Shown one piece after another: positions 1-9,149 of a DNA stretch of 45,749 nucleotides. The notes beneath the pieces are model-generated. The model was given only the letters and a program-made list of their open reading frames with translations. It had not been told where the DNA came from and searched no databases. Position 1 is the first letter of the stretch, and the number at the start of each line of letters is the position of its first letter. Origin of the DNA: Candidatus Woesearchaeota archaeon (GTDB lineage: Archaea; Nanobdellota; Nanobdellia; Pacearchaeales; GW2011-AR1); the NCBI GenBank assembly GCA_964429545.1, contig CAYSCL010000003.1:1-45749 (forward strand). The letters run 5' to 3'. A program made the translations under genes and the position numbers.

Positions 1-1
1 T

Positions 2-691
2 GAGATTGATGGTGAGAAATTCAAAATAGTTGGTTTTTTGGAATCAATTGGGAACCCCCAAGATGATTCTCAATTATATATGGATAGTGAATATTTTGAA
101 GAATTATATCCCAACACAACTTCTTATATGCAAATAATGGCTGTTGCAGATATTGATAATCTTGATTGGACAGTTGAAAATATTGAAAAAAATTTAAGAA
201 AATCTAGAGATTTAGAGAAAGGGAAGGAAGATTTTTATGTGCAAACTTTTGAAGATATGATTGAATCTTTCTCTAGTACTTTGGACATAATAATTGGATT
301 TGTAATTTTAATTGCATTAATCTCAGTTATAGTTTCAGCGGTGAATACAGCGAACACTATGATTACTTCGGTTTTGGAAAGATATAAAGAAATTGGAATT
401 TTGAAAGCCATTGGTGCTAGGAATTCTGAGATATTTGGAATTTTCTTATTTGAATCTGCGTTCTTGGGGTTGGTTGCAGGTATTTTGGGAGTTTTGTTGG
501 GTTGGGGAATTTCAAGTCTTGCAGGAAATATTTTATTAGAATTAGGTTGGGGATTTTTGAAACCTTATTATTCTTCAACAATTTTTGGAGGGTTGATTTT
601 ATTTGCTGTTTTAACTGGAGCAATCTCTGGAGTTATCCCTGCTATTAGGGCAGCTAAGACAAATACTGTTGATGCATTGAGATATGAATAG
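2..691 (+). CDS. ABC-transporter permease, FtsX/MacB-type C-terminal domain (5' end cut by window edge)
   Basis: The frame is open from nt 2 with no stop before the listed ORF at 38. The translation shows a TM helix (IIIGFVILIALISVIVSAV), the FtsX linker motif RYKEIGILKAIGARNSEIF, two more TM helices, and the ending IPAIRAAKTNTVDALRYE. Confidence 0.8.
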   Translation, partial: EIDGEKFKIVGFLESIGNPQDDSQLYMDSEYFEELYPNTTSYMQIMAVADIDNLDWTVENIEKNLRKSRDLEKGKEDFYVQTFEDMIESFSSTLDIIIGFVILIALISVIVSAVNTANTMITSVLERYKEIGILKAIGARNSEIFGIFLFESAFLGLVAGILGVLLGWGISSLAGNILLELGWGFLKPYYSSTIFGGLILFAVLTGAISGVIPAIRAAKTNTVDALRYE

Positions 692-693
692 AA

Positions 694-1443
694 TTAATAT
701 GTTAACCAACCGCCATCAACTGCTAAATTATGTCCTGTTATAAAGTTAGAATCATTTGAAGCTAAAAAAACAGCTGCATCTGCTATGTTTTCAGGAGTTC
801 CAAATCTGTTTAAGGGTATATTTGAAAGTAATTCCTTCTTTTTCTTTTCATTTTTTAACATTTTTTCTGTTCTGTTTGTAGGTATTATGCCAGGCGCAAT
901 TCCGTTAACATTAATATTATTTGGAGAAAGTTCAATTGCAAGTTCTTTTGTTAAATTTACAACACCTCCTTTGGATGCGCAATAGGCAGAAGAATTCAAA
1001 AATCCAACTTCTCCTGCAACAGAATTAATGTTTATTATTTTTCCTTTCTTTTTCTTTACCATGTGATTTGAAACTTCTCTTGAGAATAAAAAAACTCCTT
1101 TCAAATTTGTATCAATTATATCATTCCATTCTTTTTCTCTAATTTTTGTTATAGGACTTGTTAAAGTTTTTCCTGCATTATTTACAAGAATATCGATTGC
1201 TTTGAATTTTTTTATTGTTTTTGAAACAACTTTTTTTACATCACTTTTTTTCGTAACATCACATTTCATTGAAATAGCTTCTGAACCCAAGTGATTTATT
1301 TGTTTTGCAATTTCTCTGCATTCTTTTGAGTTTATATCACAAATAACAATTTTTGCTCCTTGCTTTGCAAATTCTAAAGCTATTGCTTTTCCCATTTTTC
1401 CTGCTGAACCAGTAATTATCGCAATTTTATTTTTTAATTTCAT
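694..1443 (-). CDS. Classical short-chain dehydrogenase/reductase (FabG-like), active-site motifs complete
   Basis: 249 aa. Motifs present: TGSAGKMG (TGxxxGxG), NNAG, catalytic Ser in NINSVAG, YCASK (YxxxK), and APG after the active site. Confidence 0.85.
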   Translation of the reverse strand: MKLKNKIAIITGSAGKMGKAIALEFAKQGAKIVICDINSKECREIAKQINHLGSEAISMKCDVTKKSDVKKVVSKTIKKFKAIDILVNNAGKTLTSPITKIREKEWNDIIDTNLKGVFLFSREVSNHMVKKKKGKIININSVAGEVGFLNSSAYCASKGGVVNLTKELAIELSPNNINVNGIAPGIIPTNRTEKMLKNEKKKKELLSNIPLNRFGTPENIADAAVFLASNDSNFITGHNLAVDGGWLTY

Positions 1444-2193
1444 TTAATATGTTAACCAACCTCCATCTACTGCCAAATTGTGTCCTGTTATATAATCTGA
1501 TTTATTTGATGCGAGGAAAACGGCTGCTTTTGCAACATCTTTTGGTTTTCCAAGTTTTCTTAAAGGGATATGTTCGATTAAATCTTTTTTTACTTTTTTA
1601 TCTTCTATTGCACTTTCTTCAATTGCCATGGGGAAAACTCCCGAAATTATCCCATTTACATTTATGTTATATTCAGCTAATTCCATTGCAATTTCTTTTG
1701 TTAAATTAATTATTCCTGCTTTTGAAGCTCCGAATGCTGAAGCATACATGAAACCAACATCTCCGGCAATAGATGAAATTGATATTATTTTTCCTCTGTC
1801 TTGTTCAACCATTTTTTCACTTATCATTCTTGTTGGGAGAAACATTCCTTTTAGATTGGTATTTATTGTCGAATCCCAATCTTCCTGTGTTGTTTTTAGA
1901 AAAGGTTTTACGGTGTCTTCACTTGCCGCATTCACTAAAATATCAATTGTTTGGTATTTTTTTAGAACTTGTTTTAACATTTTTTCTATATCTTTTTTAT
2001 TTGTTATATCGCATTCAATTGGGAGAGCATCATACCCTTTTTCTTTTATCTCATCTGCGACTATTTCACAATTATCTATATCAATATCACAAAGAATTAC
2101 TTTTGCACCTTCATTCGCCATTTCTATTGCAATTGCTTTTCCGATACCTTTTGCAGAACCAGTAATTATAGCAATTTTATTTCTTAATTCCAT
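1444..2193 (-). CDS. SDR paralogue with degenerate catalytic motifs (Tyr->Phe)
   Basis: 249 aa, directly abutting the previous SDR. The cofactor motif TGSAKGIG is kept, but NNAG->NAAS, YxxxK->FGASK (codon ttc confirmed on the reverse strand) and PG->SG. The last 15 aa (ITGHNLAVDGGWLTY) are identical to the neighbour. Confidence 0.8.
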   Translation of the reverse strand: MELRNKIAIITGSAKGIGKAIAIEMANEGAKVILCDIDIDNCEIVADEIKEKGYDALPIECDITNKKDIEKMLKQVLKKYQTIDILVNAASEDTVKPFLKTTQEDWDSTINTNLKGMFLPTRMISEKMVEQDRGKIISISSIAGDVGFMYASAFGASKAGIINLTKEIAMELAEYNINVNGIISGVFPMAIEESAIEDKKVKKDLIEHIPLRKLGKPKDVAKAAVFLASNKSDYITGHNLAVDGGWLTY

Positions 2194-2226
2194 TTTACCT
2201 CTTAATATTATAACTTGATTATTTCT

Positions 2227-3543
2227 TTATATATTTTGCGAGGATTTCTTATGGTAAAGAAAATAATAAATCAAAACTATTATGATTGTAAAAAGTGTTC
2301 CTAATAAAATATTAATTGTTTCAAGATTTATTAAAAGAAATAATGAAATTAAAATTCCGAAAACAGGAAATATTGGAAATTTTCCTATTGAAAAAGGTAT
2401 TTTGAATTTTCTTATTGTGTGGGGTTGTTTATACCTTAATCTTATTAGGGACAAATTAATTATAATAAATGTTGCAAAAACCATGAAATTAGTAAATCCT
2501 GCAACTATTGAAATGTCTTCGAAGAATAAAAATGAAATTGCTATTATTGATGTTATTACTATCGCTCTTGTTGGGGTTTCTCTCATTCCAATTTTGGAGA
2601 AAAATTTGAATTTTTTGAATATTTCGCCTAGGCCATAAAATCCTCTTGAAGAAGAAAGTATTCCCATTAAAATTGTATTAGCTGCTGAAAGCAATGCGAT
2701 TATTCCTAAAAGTAGGAATGCTTTATTTCCTAAAACATGTGCAGCAACATCTGCCAAAGGTGCTGAAGATTTTGCTAAAATTTCCCAAGGTAAAACTTTT
2801 ACTGCTGCAATTGCTACTGCAATATAAACTACTGTAGAAATTATGATTGACAAAAGAATGGCTTTGGGAATAGTTTTTCTTGCATTTTTTGTTTCTTCTG
2901 ATAATTTAACTATTCCTTCGAATCCCAGATAAGCGAAGAAAATTAAAGATGCACCTTTTATTACTCCAAAAATTCCTTCAGGCATTGCCAAATAATTTGT
3001 TGGTTCGCCTTTGAAAAAAGCAAGTGCTACAATTATTAATAAACCTACAATTGAAGCAATGGTACAAACTAAATTTATTATTGAAACTTTTTTTACACTT
3101 AACCAGTTTAGGAATGAAAATAAAATTATTATTGAAAAAGCTATTAATAAAGTGTTTTCAATTCCAGTTAATGCCCCAAAATATCCTGCAAATCCTAAAG
3201 AAACTGTCGCTATTCCTGTTGTTAGTGCAAGAATTATAGAAATATATGAAAAAAATCCAAATCCTTTCCCCAAGCCTTCATTTGCATAAACATATTCACT
3301 TGCATTTACTGGAAAAATTGATGAAAGTTCTGCATAACTTAATCCTGAAAAAATTGCTGCTAGTGCAGCTAAAACAAAAGATAACCAAATTGCTGTTCCT
3401 GAAAGTTCTGCTACTGCTCCAATTAAAACATAAATTCCGGCTCCAAGAATGAAACCTACCCCAGCCATTGTAGTTTCAAATAATCTTAAATTTCTCTTTA
3501 AATGAAATACTGGGTCTTTTATTATGGGACGAAATATAGACAT
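2227..3543 (-). CDS. Amino acid/polyamine permease (APC superfamily)
   Basis: 438 aa with about 12 predicted TM helices, an N-terminal GAGIYVLIG motif and a hydrophobic profile typical of APC transporters. Confidence 0.75.
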   Translation of the reverse strand: MSIFRPIIKDPVFHLKRNLRLFETTMAGVGFILGAGIYVLIGAVAELSGTAIWLSFVLAALAAIFSGLSYAELSSIFPVNASEYVYANEGLGKGFGFFSYISIILALTTGIATVSLGFAGYFGALTGIENTLLIAFSIIILFSFLNWLSVKKVSIINLVCTIASIVGLLIIVALAFFKGEPTNYLAMPEGIFGVIKGASLIFFAYLGFEGIVKLSEETKNARKTIPKAILLSIIISTVVYIAVAIAAVKVLPWEILAKSSAPLADVAAHVLGNKAFLLLGIIALLSAANTILMGILSSSRGFYGLGEIFKKFKFFSKIGMRETPTRAIVITSIIAISFLFFEDISIVAGFTNFMVFATFIIINLSLIRLRYKQPHTIRKFKIPFSIGKFPIFPVFGILISLFLLINLETINILLGTLFTIIIVLIYYFLYHKKSSQNI

Positions 3544-3641
3544 AAATATTCATATTTTACATTCTTTATAAATTTCTCTGATTGTTAAAAATTATTTTTA
3601 TTTCTAAAAAGATTTAAAAATGAATATTGTTTATTTATTGT

Positions 3642-4508
3642 ATGAAAAAGAGGCAACTTGGATTTATTTTTGTATTAATTTTTATTTTTAGTTTTGCTAA
3701 CATTTCTGCTTCATGTGATTTGGATATTTCTTTAATTAATCAAGATCCTTATCCAGCAATTCCAGGAGATTATGTTAAATTAGTTTTCCAAATTGATGGG
3801 ATAGATAATCCTGAATGTAAAACTGTTGATTTTGAATTACTTGAACAATATCCTTTGGTTTTTGATCCTAATGAACAACCAAGATATTCTGTTAATTCAG
3901 GGGTTTATAGTAGAGATTATAGATCTTATTTACTTGCAACATACAAGGTTAGAGTTGATGAAAATGCATTAGAAGGAGACAATCCTATTGAAGTGCAATA
4001 TCGTTTTGGAGGAAATATTGGTTTTGAATCTAAACAATTTGATTTGAATGTTGAAGATACAAGAGCAGATTTTGAAATTTATGTTAAAGATTATGATGTT
4101 TCTAGTCAGACACTTACTCTAGAAATTTTAAATATTGCTGAAGCTGATATTGAAGCTTTAACTTTGGAAATTCCAAATCAAAACAATGTTCAAATTAAAG
4201 GTTCTAAAGTAAATATTTTGGGTGATTTGGATTCTAATGATTATACAACTGCTGATTTCGAAGCAGTTCCAAAGGCTGGAGAATTCGATATAAAAATTTC
4301 TTATACTGATTCTACTGGAGCTAGAAGAGTTTTAGAAAAAGCAGTATTATACGAATCTGAATATTTTGAAAATAGAGCTGAAGATCAAAAACAAAAATCT
4401 CCTTGGACAGTTGTAATCTGGCTTGCAGTTATGTTATTAATCGCTTATTATTTTTGGAGAAGACACAAAAAAAAGAAAGCTTTGAAGAAAAAATTGAGTA
4501 AGAAATAA
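3642..4508 (+). CDS. Exported cell-surface protein with C-terminal TM anchor (COG1361/CARDB-like beta-rich ectodomain)
   Basis: The ATG at 3642 (MKKRQLGFIFVLIFIFSFANISA) gives a signal peptide. The ectodomain begins DPYPAIPGDYVKLVFQIDG. The C-terminus has a TM helix (WTVVIWLAVMLLIAYYFW) plus an RRHKKKK tail. The family assignment is from memory only. Confidence 0.55.
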   Translation: MKKRQLGFIFVLIFIFSFANISASCDLDISLINQDPYPAIPGDYVKLVFQIDGIDNPECKTVDFELLEQYPLVFDPNEQPRYSVNSGVYSRDYRSYLLATYKVRVDENALEGDNPIEVQYRFGGNIGFESKQFDLNVEDTRADFEIYVKDYDVSSQTLTLEILNIAEADIEALTLEIPNQNNVQIKGSKVNILGDLDSNDYTTADFEAVPKAGEFDIKISYTDSTGARRVLEKAVLYESEYFENRAEDQKQKSPWTVVIWLAVMLLIAYYFWRRHKKKKALKKKLSKK

Positions 4509-4736
4509 ACATTTGTCTTCAAATAAATTAAAATTGTTTGCTTTCGCAAATTATTATATTATAATTATCGCTTCTGGCGAAGACATTGGTTGAGATTAGA
4601 TTTTTGTGAATATTAAAAATTTTTAATGGAAGTTTTAATTAATTGGATTATGGGTTTGTGGGTTAACTCGAACATGAATGAAATAAACGAATATATTTGT
4701 CCTTGGTATTATTAATTTGATTTTCTAAATTGTTTT

Positions 4737-4982
4737 ATGAAAAATGAAGGTTTATTAGATAGAATTTTGAGATTGATTTTAGGAATAGGATCTTTTTTTA
4801 TTGGGTTTTATTATTTTGATAATTCTTGGCAATATTTATTTTATGTAATTGGTTTGGTTTTATTGGTGACTGCAATTACAGGATATTGTGGAATCTATAA
4901 ATTATTCGGCATTTCTACAGTGAAGAAAAAAAGTAGGGGAAGTAAAAAATTTATTCCTGAAAAAAAAGAAACTGAAATGTGA
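4737..4982 (+). CDS. DUF2892 (YgaP C-terminal-like) small membrane protein
   Basis: 81 aa with LDRILRLILGI...two TM helices...TGYCGIYKLFGIST, the family signature as I recall it. Confidence 0.7.
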   Translation: MKNEGLLDRILRLILGIGSFFIGFYYFDNSWQYLFYVIGLVLLVTAITGYCGIYKLFGISTVKKKSRGSKKFIPEKKETEM

Positions 4983-6728
4983 TTACATTCCCCATTCGGG
5001 ATTGGTTTTTCTTTTTAGTTCTGCAATTTCTTTTAATACTTGCATATCTGAACCTGTTAGTAAATCTTTATTTTTTTTGAAATCTTTGAATTGAGATTCT
5101 CCTAAATTTGTATATAGAAATTTTTTGTTTTTTAATTGCCTATCATAAGTCACATTTGGCATAGAAATTGCGACTTCCATTCCTTCATTTGCTTCTTGAA
5201 CTGATTTTTGTTCTGATTGGATGTTTTTTACATTTCCTACTTTTTCATCGTTTTCATTAATCATAGATAAACCAGAAATTAATTTTCCTCCAGCTATTTT
5301 TACTCCAAATATTGCAGGTTTTGTATTCCTAAATACAAATTGTGGTAGAAGTTCTAATTTACAAATTGCAGAAAGACCCATTAATCTTTTCTTTTCTATT
5401 TCTTTTTGTTTGTTTTGTCTCCATTCAACTAAGTCTTCAATTAATTTATAGACTACATCATTTGTGATAATTTTTATTTTTGAAGAAATCTCTTTTACTT
5501 CATCATCGACTTTTACATTAAAACCCACAATAACTGAATCTAATTCGTTTAATTCTAAATTTGCTTTAGCATTTATTCCATCACTTTTGTTTATTTTACC
5601 AATTCCTGCTTTTACAACAGGTATGTTGTGTTGTTTTAATAAGACTAATAATGCTTCTAAACTTCCTAATGAATCTGCTTTTGCTATTATCCCTTGTTTT
5701 TCAGTTTTTATTGATTCTCCTAATTGTTTTTTGAATTGTTCTTTTATTTCTTCATAGTTATTTTTGAATTTTACAAAAGGCATTCCGGGGAGAATTTCTG
5801 TTTTCTCAATCAATTGCATCCTAATTCCTGTTGATGCTTTTACTTTTTCTTTTGTTTTGAATTTTGCACAAAGCGGTTCTATTTCTTCTAGGATTCTTAT
5901 TTTTGTTATTATCGGCTCTCCATCAAATGATGCAACAGCAATTTCATCTGTTCTGTTTAATTCACCATCATACAATATTGATTCTATATATTGGGTTGAT
6001 TTATCTTTCTTTATTTCTAACATTACCCCCTTTGGATCTTCCCCCAGGGTCAATCTCTTTTCTAAGAATTTCTGTGATAAACCACACATCATCATTATTA
6101 ATTCTGGAATTCCTTCTAGTGTTTGTGCTGAAGTTGGAACCATTGCTATTTTTTTTGTATAGTCATTTATGTTGTAAAATAAATCTGCATCTAATCCATG
6201 TGATTGTAATGCGCCAACTAAAGTCATATATCTTTCCATGAAAACTTGTTTTACTTGTTCTCTTTGGTCTTCAACGGATTCTTTTAGTGATTTTCCTCCT
6301 TCTGGAGGCCTCCATCCAGTTATTTTGTCAATTTTGTTTAATGCTATGATAAAAGGTGTTTTGTTCATTTTTAGTATTTGAATAACTTCTGCAGTTTGGG
6401 GCTTTATTCCTTCTGAAATATCTATTACCAATACTGCTAAATCTGCAAGCGAACCCCCTCTTTTTCTTAAATTTGTGAATGCTGCGTGTCCAGGCGTATC
6501 TATTAATAAAAATCCTGGAATGTTTAATTTTATTCCCGATTGTTCAATTAAAGGACAGGCTTTTTTTAGTTGATTTATTGGATATGATGTAAAAGAAATT
6601 TTCTGTGTTATTCCTCCTGCTTCACCTTCTTGCACACATGAGCTTCTAAGACAATCTAAAATTGAAGTTTTTCCGTGATCTACATGTCCAACAACGGTTA
6701 CGATTGGTTGACGAATTTTCTTTTCCAT
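4983..6728 (-). CDS. infB: Translation initiation factor aIF5B (archaeal IF-2 GTPase)
   Basis: 581 aa. GTPase motifs are VVGHVDHGKTSILD (G1), DTPGHAAF (G3) and NKIDK (G4). Length and domain order are of the archaeal/eukaryal IF5B type. Confidence 0.95.
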   Translation of the reverse strand: MEKKIRQPIVTVVGHVDHGKTSILDCLRSSCVQEGEAGGITQKISFTSYPINQLKKACPLIEQSGIKLNIPGFLLIDTPGHAAFTNLRKRGGSLADLAVLVIDISEGIKPQTAEVIQILKMNKTPFIIALNKIDKITGWRPPEGGKSLKESVEDQREQVKQVFMERYMTLVGALQSHGLDADLFYNINDYTKKIAMVPTSAQTLEGIPELIMMMCGLSQKFLEKRLTLGEDPKGVMLEIKKDKSTQYIESILYDGELNRTDEIAVASFDGEPIITKIRILEEIEPLCAKFKTKEKVKASTGIRMQLIEKTEILPGMPFVKFKNNYEEIKEQFKKQLGESIKTEKQGIIAKADSLGSLEALLVLLKQHNIPVVKAGIGKINKSDGINAKANLELNELDSVIVGFNVKVDDEVKEISSKIKIITNDVVYKLIEDLVEWRQNKQKEIEKKRLMGLSAICKLELLPQFVFRNTKPAIFGVKIAGGKLISGLSMINENDEKVGNVKNIQSEQKSVQEANEGMEVAISMPNVTYDRQLKNKKFLYTNLGESQFKDFKKNKDLLTGSDMQVLKEIAELKRKTNPEWGM

Positions 6729-6780
6729 GATTAGAATTAGTTATTTTATTTTTTAAAGGTAGTGATGGATATTTTCCTTG

Positions 6781-6809
6781 AATATATTCGTCTTTGGGAT
6801 TAAATAGTT
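6781..6809 (+). promoter_or_regulatory. Conserved upstream block (copy A) with TATA-like AATATATT
   Basis: aatatattcgtctttg-N4-ttaaatagtt lies about 47 nt before the ATG at 6828. The same 16-mer and 10-mer recur at 19009..19037. Confidence 0.45.
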
Positions 6810-6827
6810 TTTTTTGTTGATTTGGTT

Positions 6828-7751
6828 ATGGTTATTAACAATCTTGTGTTAGCTTTTGTATTGATTTTTATTTCAATTTTAATTGCCTCTCCCCTTGTAT
6901 TTTCTCAAGAAATTGTTTCTGATATTTATGAAGTTGATTCTTATAATTTGGGAATTTCAGGAGGGGAAGACACTGATAATCTAACTAGATCAATTTTGTT
7001 AGCTGAACCTGGAACAATTTTCGTTCAAAATGAATATGGAGGAGAAGAATACAGATATCCAGAAGATATTTTGATTATTGAAGGAACTTCTTCTGATGGG
7101 AGCGGATCAGGTGGTGGAGGGGGTGGCGGAGCAGGAGGTGGCGGAGGATGTATAACTAGTTTAGATTGTGAAAATGGTTTGCATTGTTTAAATGGTGTTT
7201 GTTTAAGATTATTTAATTTAACCATAAATAGAATTAATTCTCCAATTGAAAAGAATGGCTCATTTGAAGTGGTTTATGAAATTGAACCTTTATTCAATCC
7301 GGTTGAAGAAATATATGTTCAGGGATTAGTTTTTGATACAGGAGAAAATGTAATTTCTTTGGCTGAAGAAAATTTGTCTTTGAATAGGAATGAAGCTGTT
7401 GAATTGGTGAAAAAAATACCTGTCCCTTTGAATATAGAATCTGGGCCCCACAATTTTAGTATTAGAGCAATTTATTTGAATTTGTCTCAAAGTGATCAGA
7501 AAAATTATTTTTTAAGTGTCAGGGATGAAAATATTAGAGTTCGTAAACAAAGAGATTTAGATTTAATTATTGGATTTACAATTTTTTCTATTTTTATCTT
7601 GGTTGGTTTAGCATATTTAATAAGTTACTATATTAAAAATAAAGATGAAATTGTTTTCAAATTGGCATCATTTTTTAGTAATTTAGGTGAAAAAATAAAA
7701 ATTAAATGGAGGGAATTTATTTTATGGATAAGAAGAAAATTATCGTTGTGA
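6828..7751 (+). CDS. Exported Gly-run/Cys-containing protein with C-terminal TM anchor (first gene of surface operon)
   Basis: N-terminal hydrophobic signal (VLAFVLIFISILIASPLVFS), the GSGSGGGGGGGAGGGGG linker, a CITSLDCENGLHCLNGVC knot, then a beta-rich domain and the TM helix LIIGFTIFSIFILVGLAYLISYYI. Confidence 0.6.
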   Translation: MVINNLVLAFVLIFISILIASPLVFSQEIVSDIYEVDSYNLGISGGEDTDNLTRSILLAEPGTIFVQNEYGGEEYRYPEDILIIEGTSSDGSGSGGGGGGGAGGGGGCITSLDCENGLHCLNGVCLRLFNLTINRINSPIEKNGSFEVVYEIEPLFNPVEEIYVQGLVFDTGENVISLAEENLSLNRNEAVELVKKIPVPLNIESGPHNFSIRAIYLNLSQSDQKNYFLSVRDENIRVRKQRDLDLIIGFTIFSIFILVGLAYLISYYIKNKDEIVFKLASFFSNLGEKIKIKWREFILWIRRKLSL

Positions 7752-8356
7752 TTTTTTTTATTTTGATTTTTATTGGAGTTTTCATATCTGCACAAGAAAC
7801 AGAGGATTATATTAGTTCATTTGTGGAAAAACAAGGAATAGAAAAAAATTCTATAAAAAATATTTCTGAAATAAATAGAAGCAGTTTTCCTAAACAAATC
7901 TTGATTTCAAATATCGAGGAGAATAATGTTGGGATTTATGAAGTTGAATATTCTGAAGAGGGGATTGATAGAAATTTATTTGTTCTTAGTTATGGCACTC
8001 AAGAAATTGAAGAAGCAGAAACAAGTTTTATGGAAGGGAATTATAATTATTTAACTTTTGAAGGCCAAGAAGGAATTATTGGAGAATATTTAATGGTGGA
8101 TTATGGAAGCATAGTTGGTTTTTCAAGTTCTGTTTCTTTTTCGGGAGTTGGAAAAGTTGGAATTGAAATATACAAAAATGGAAATCCTCTTGGTTTATTG
8201 AATGAAATTTATTCAGAAGGAACGAATTATGATTATGAATTGCAATCAGAAAATATTAATCTTTTCTACCCTGGCGACATAATTTCTGTTTTTGTAAATT
8301 CTAATAATTTAAATATTCAGGAGGTGAATTCTATTGTCAAAGTCAAAATTTATTAA
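7724..8356 (+). CDS. Exported hypothetical protein
   Basis: The ATG at 7724 is preceded by a ggaggg SD-like sequence. Signal peptide MDKKKIIVVIFFILIFIGVFISA. It overlaps the end of the upstream gene. No recognisable family. Confidence 0.55.
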   Translation: MDKKKIIVVIFFILIFIGVFISAQETEDYISSFVEKQGIEKNSIKNISEINRSSFPKQILISNIEENNVGIYEVEYSEEGIDRNLFVLSYGTQEIEEAETSFMEGNYNYLTFEGQEGIIGEYLMVDYGSIVGFSSSVSFSGVGKVGIEIYKNGNPLGLLNEIYSEGTNYDYELQSENINLFYPGDIISVFVNSNNLNIQEVNSIVKVKIY

Positions 8357-9149
8357 AAAAAATTATACTTGGATACTTTTTTTTATTGCAATAGTTTTGA
8401 TAATTTTTGTTTTTTATCAGAATAATTTAACAGGAAGAATCGTTCAGGAAATTTGTAATAAGACAGAAGTTTGTGAAAATGTAACTGTTTTGGAATGTGA
8501 TGAATCTTGTGAAGAAGTTTGTGAAAATGTAACTGAAGAGGTTTGTTCTATTGAAATTGTTGAGACTTGTAACGAGGAATGTGTTGAAGAAAACAATGAA
8601 ACCATTTGTGGAGATGTTTGTTTTGAAGAAGAAATTGAAAATTGTAGTGAACAAACAATTGAAGTTTGTGAAAACGTTTGTGTGGAAGTCAATTGCACTG
8701 AAAGTATTATTGAAAATTGTAGTTTCCAAGAAATTTGTTATGAGGTTGAAATTAATGTTACTAATGAAACAATTAGTGAACCTATTCAAGAACCTGAAGA
8801 AGAGCCATCTCCTTCTCTTGAAGATACATTTAGGGAGGAAGTAACAGGAATACAAGAGATAAGAAAGCCAGAGGGAGAAGAAACAATAAGTTTAACTCAA
8901 CAAGAAATTTTTAACTTAGTTGCAGAAACTGGAGAGGGCGAAGTTAGAGTTACAAAATCTGAAGTGAAAGGCCGTCTTCTTATTTTAAGATTTGAAATTG
9001 GAAATTATTGGGTGGAAAAAGCTTATTATTATCCTCAAGAAAATTTAAATCAAAAAATTGAAAATGATAAAGTTGAATGGGTTAGAAAAATAATTGGAAT
9101 TAATAATCGTGAAATTCAAATAGTTAAAAAAGAGGAATTTTTGACATAA
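8334..9149 (+). CDS. Exported acidic Cys-rich repeat protein (E-[VI]-C / CENV repeats)
   Basis: The TTG start is 7 nt after a perfect aggaggtg SD. An N-terminal TM helix is followed by 16 Cys in about 105 aa, nearly all in an E/V/I-C context, with many N-x-T/S sequons. The DNA repeat gtttgtgaaaatgtaactg occurs twice. Confidence 0.65.
   Translation: MSKSKFIKKNYTWILFFIAIVLIIFVFYQNNLTGRIVQEICNKTEVCENVTVLECDESCEEVCENVTEEVCSIEIVETCNEECVEENNETICGDVCFEEEIENCSEQTIEVCENVCVEVNCTESIIENCSFQEICYEVEINVTNETISEPIQEPEEEPSPSLEDTFREEVTGIQEIRKPEGEETISLTQQEIFNLVAETGEGEVRVTKSEVKGRLLILRFEIGNYWVEKAYYYPQENLNQKIENDKVEWVRKIIGINNREIQIVKKEEFLT

Noticed and set aside
1449-2218. Several + strand ORFs (1449..1709, 1628..2218, 1773..2165, and 785..985) overlap the two SDR genes.
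   Set aside because: They are antisense shadows of strongly supported minus-strand SDR genes. Their products are Phe/Leu/Ile/Ser low-complexity strings with no motifs.
5221-6241. + strand ORFs lie inside the aIF5B gene.
   Set aside because: They are antisense to an unambiguous GTPase gene, and their composition is typical of AT-rich shadow frames.
7025-7225. A minus-strand ORF encodes a poly-Pro run.
   Set aside because: It is the reverse complement of the poly-Gly linker in the 6828..7751 gene, so the open frame is an artefact of the GC-rich Gly codons.
8427-8855. Three overlapping ORFs (two minus, one plus) lie within the acidic Cys-rich gene.
   Set aside because: Repetitive GAA/TGT-rich DNA keeps alternative frames open. 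Only the 8334..9149 frame has an SD, a signal peptide and a coherent repeat structure.
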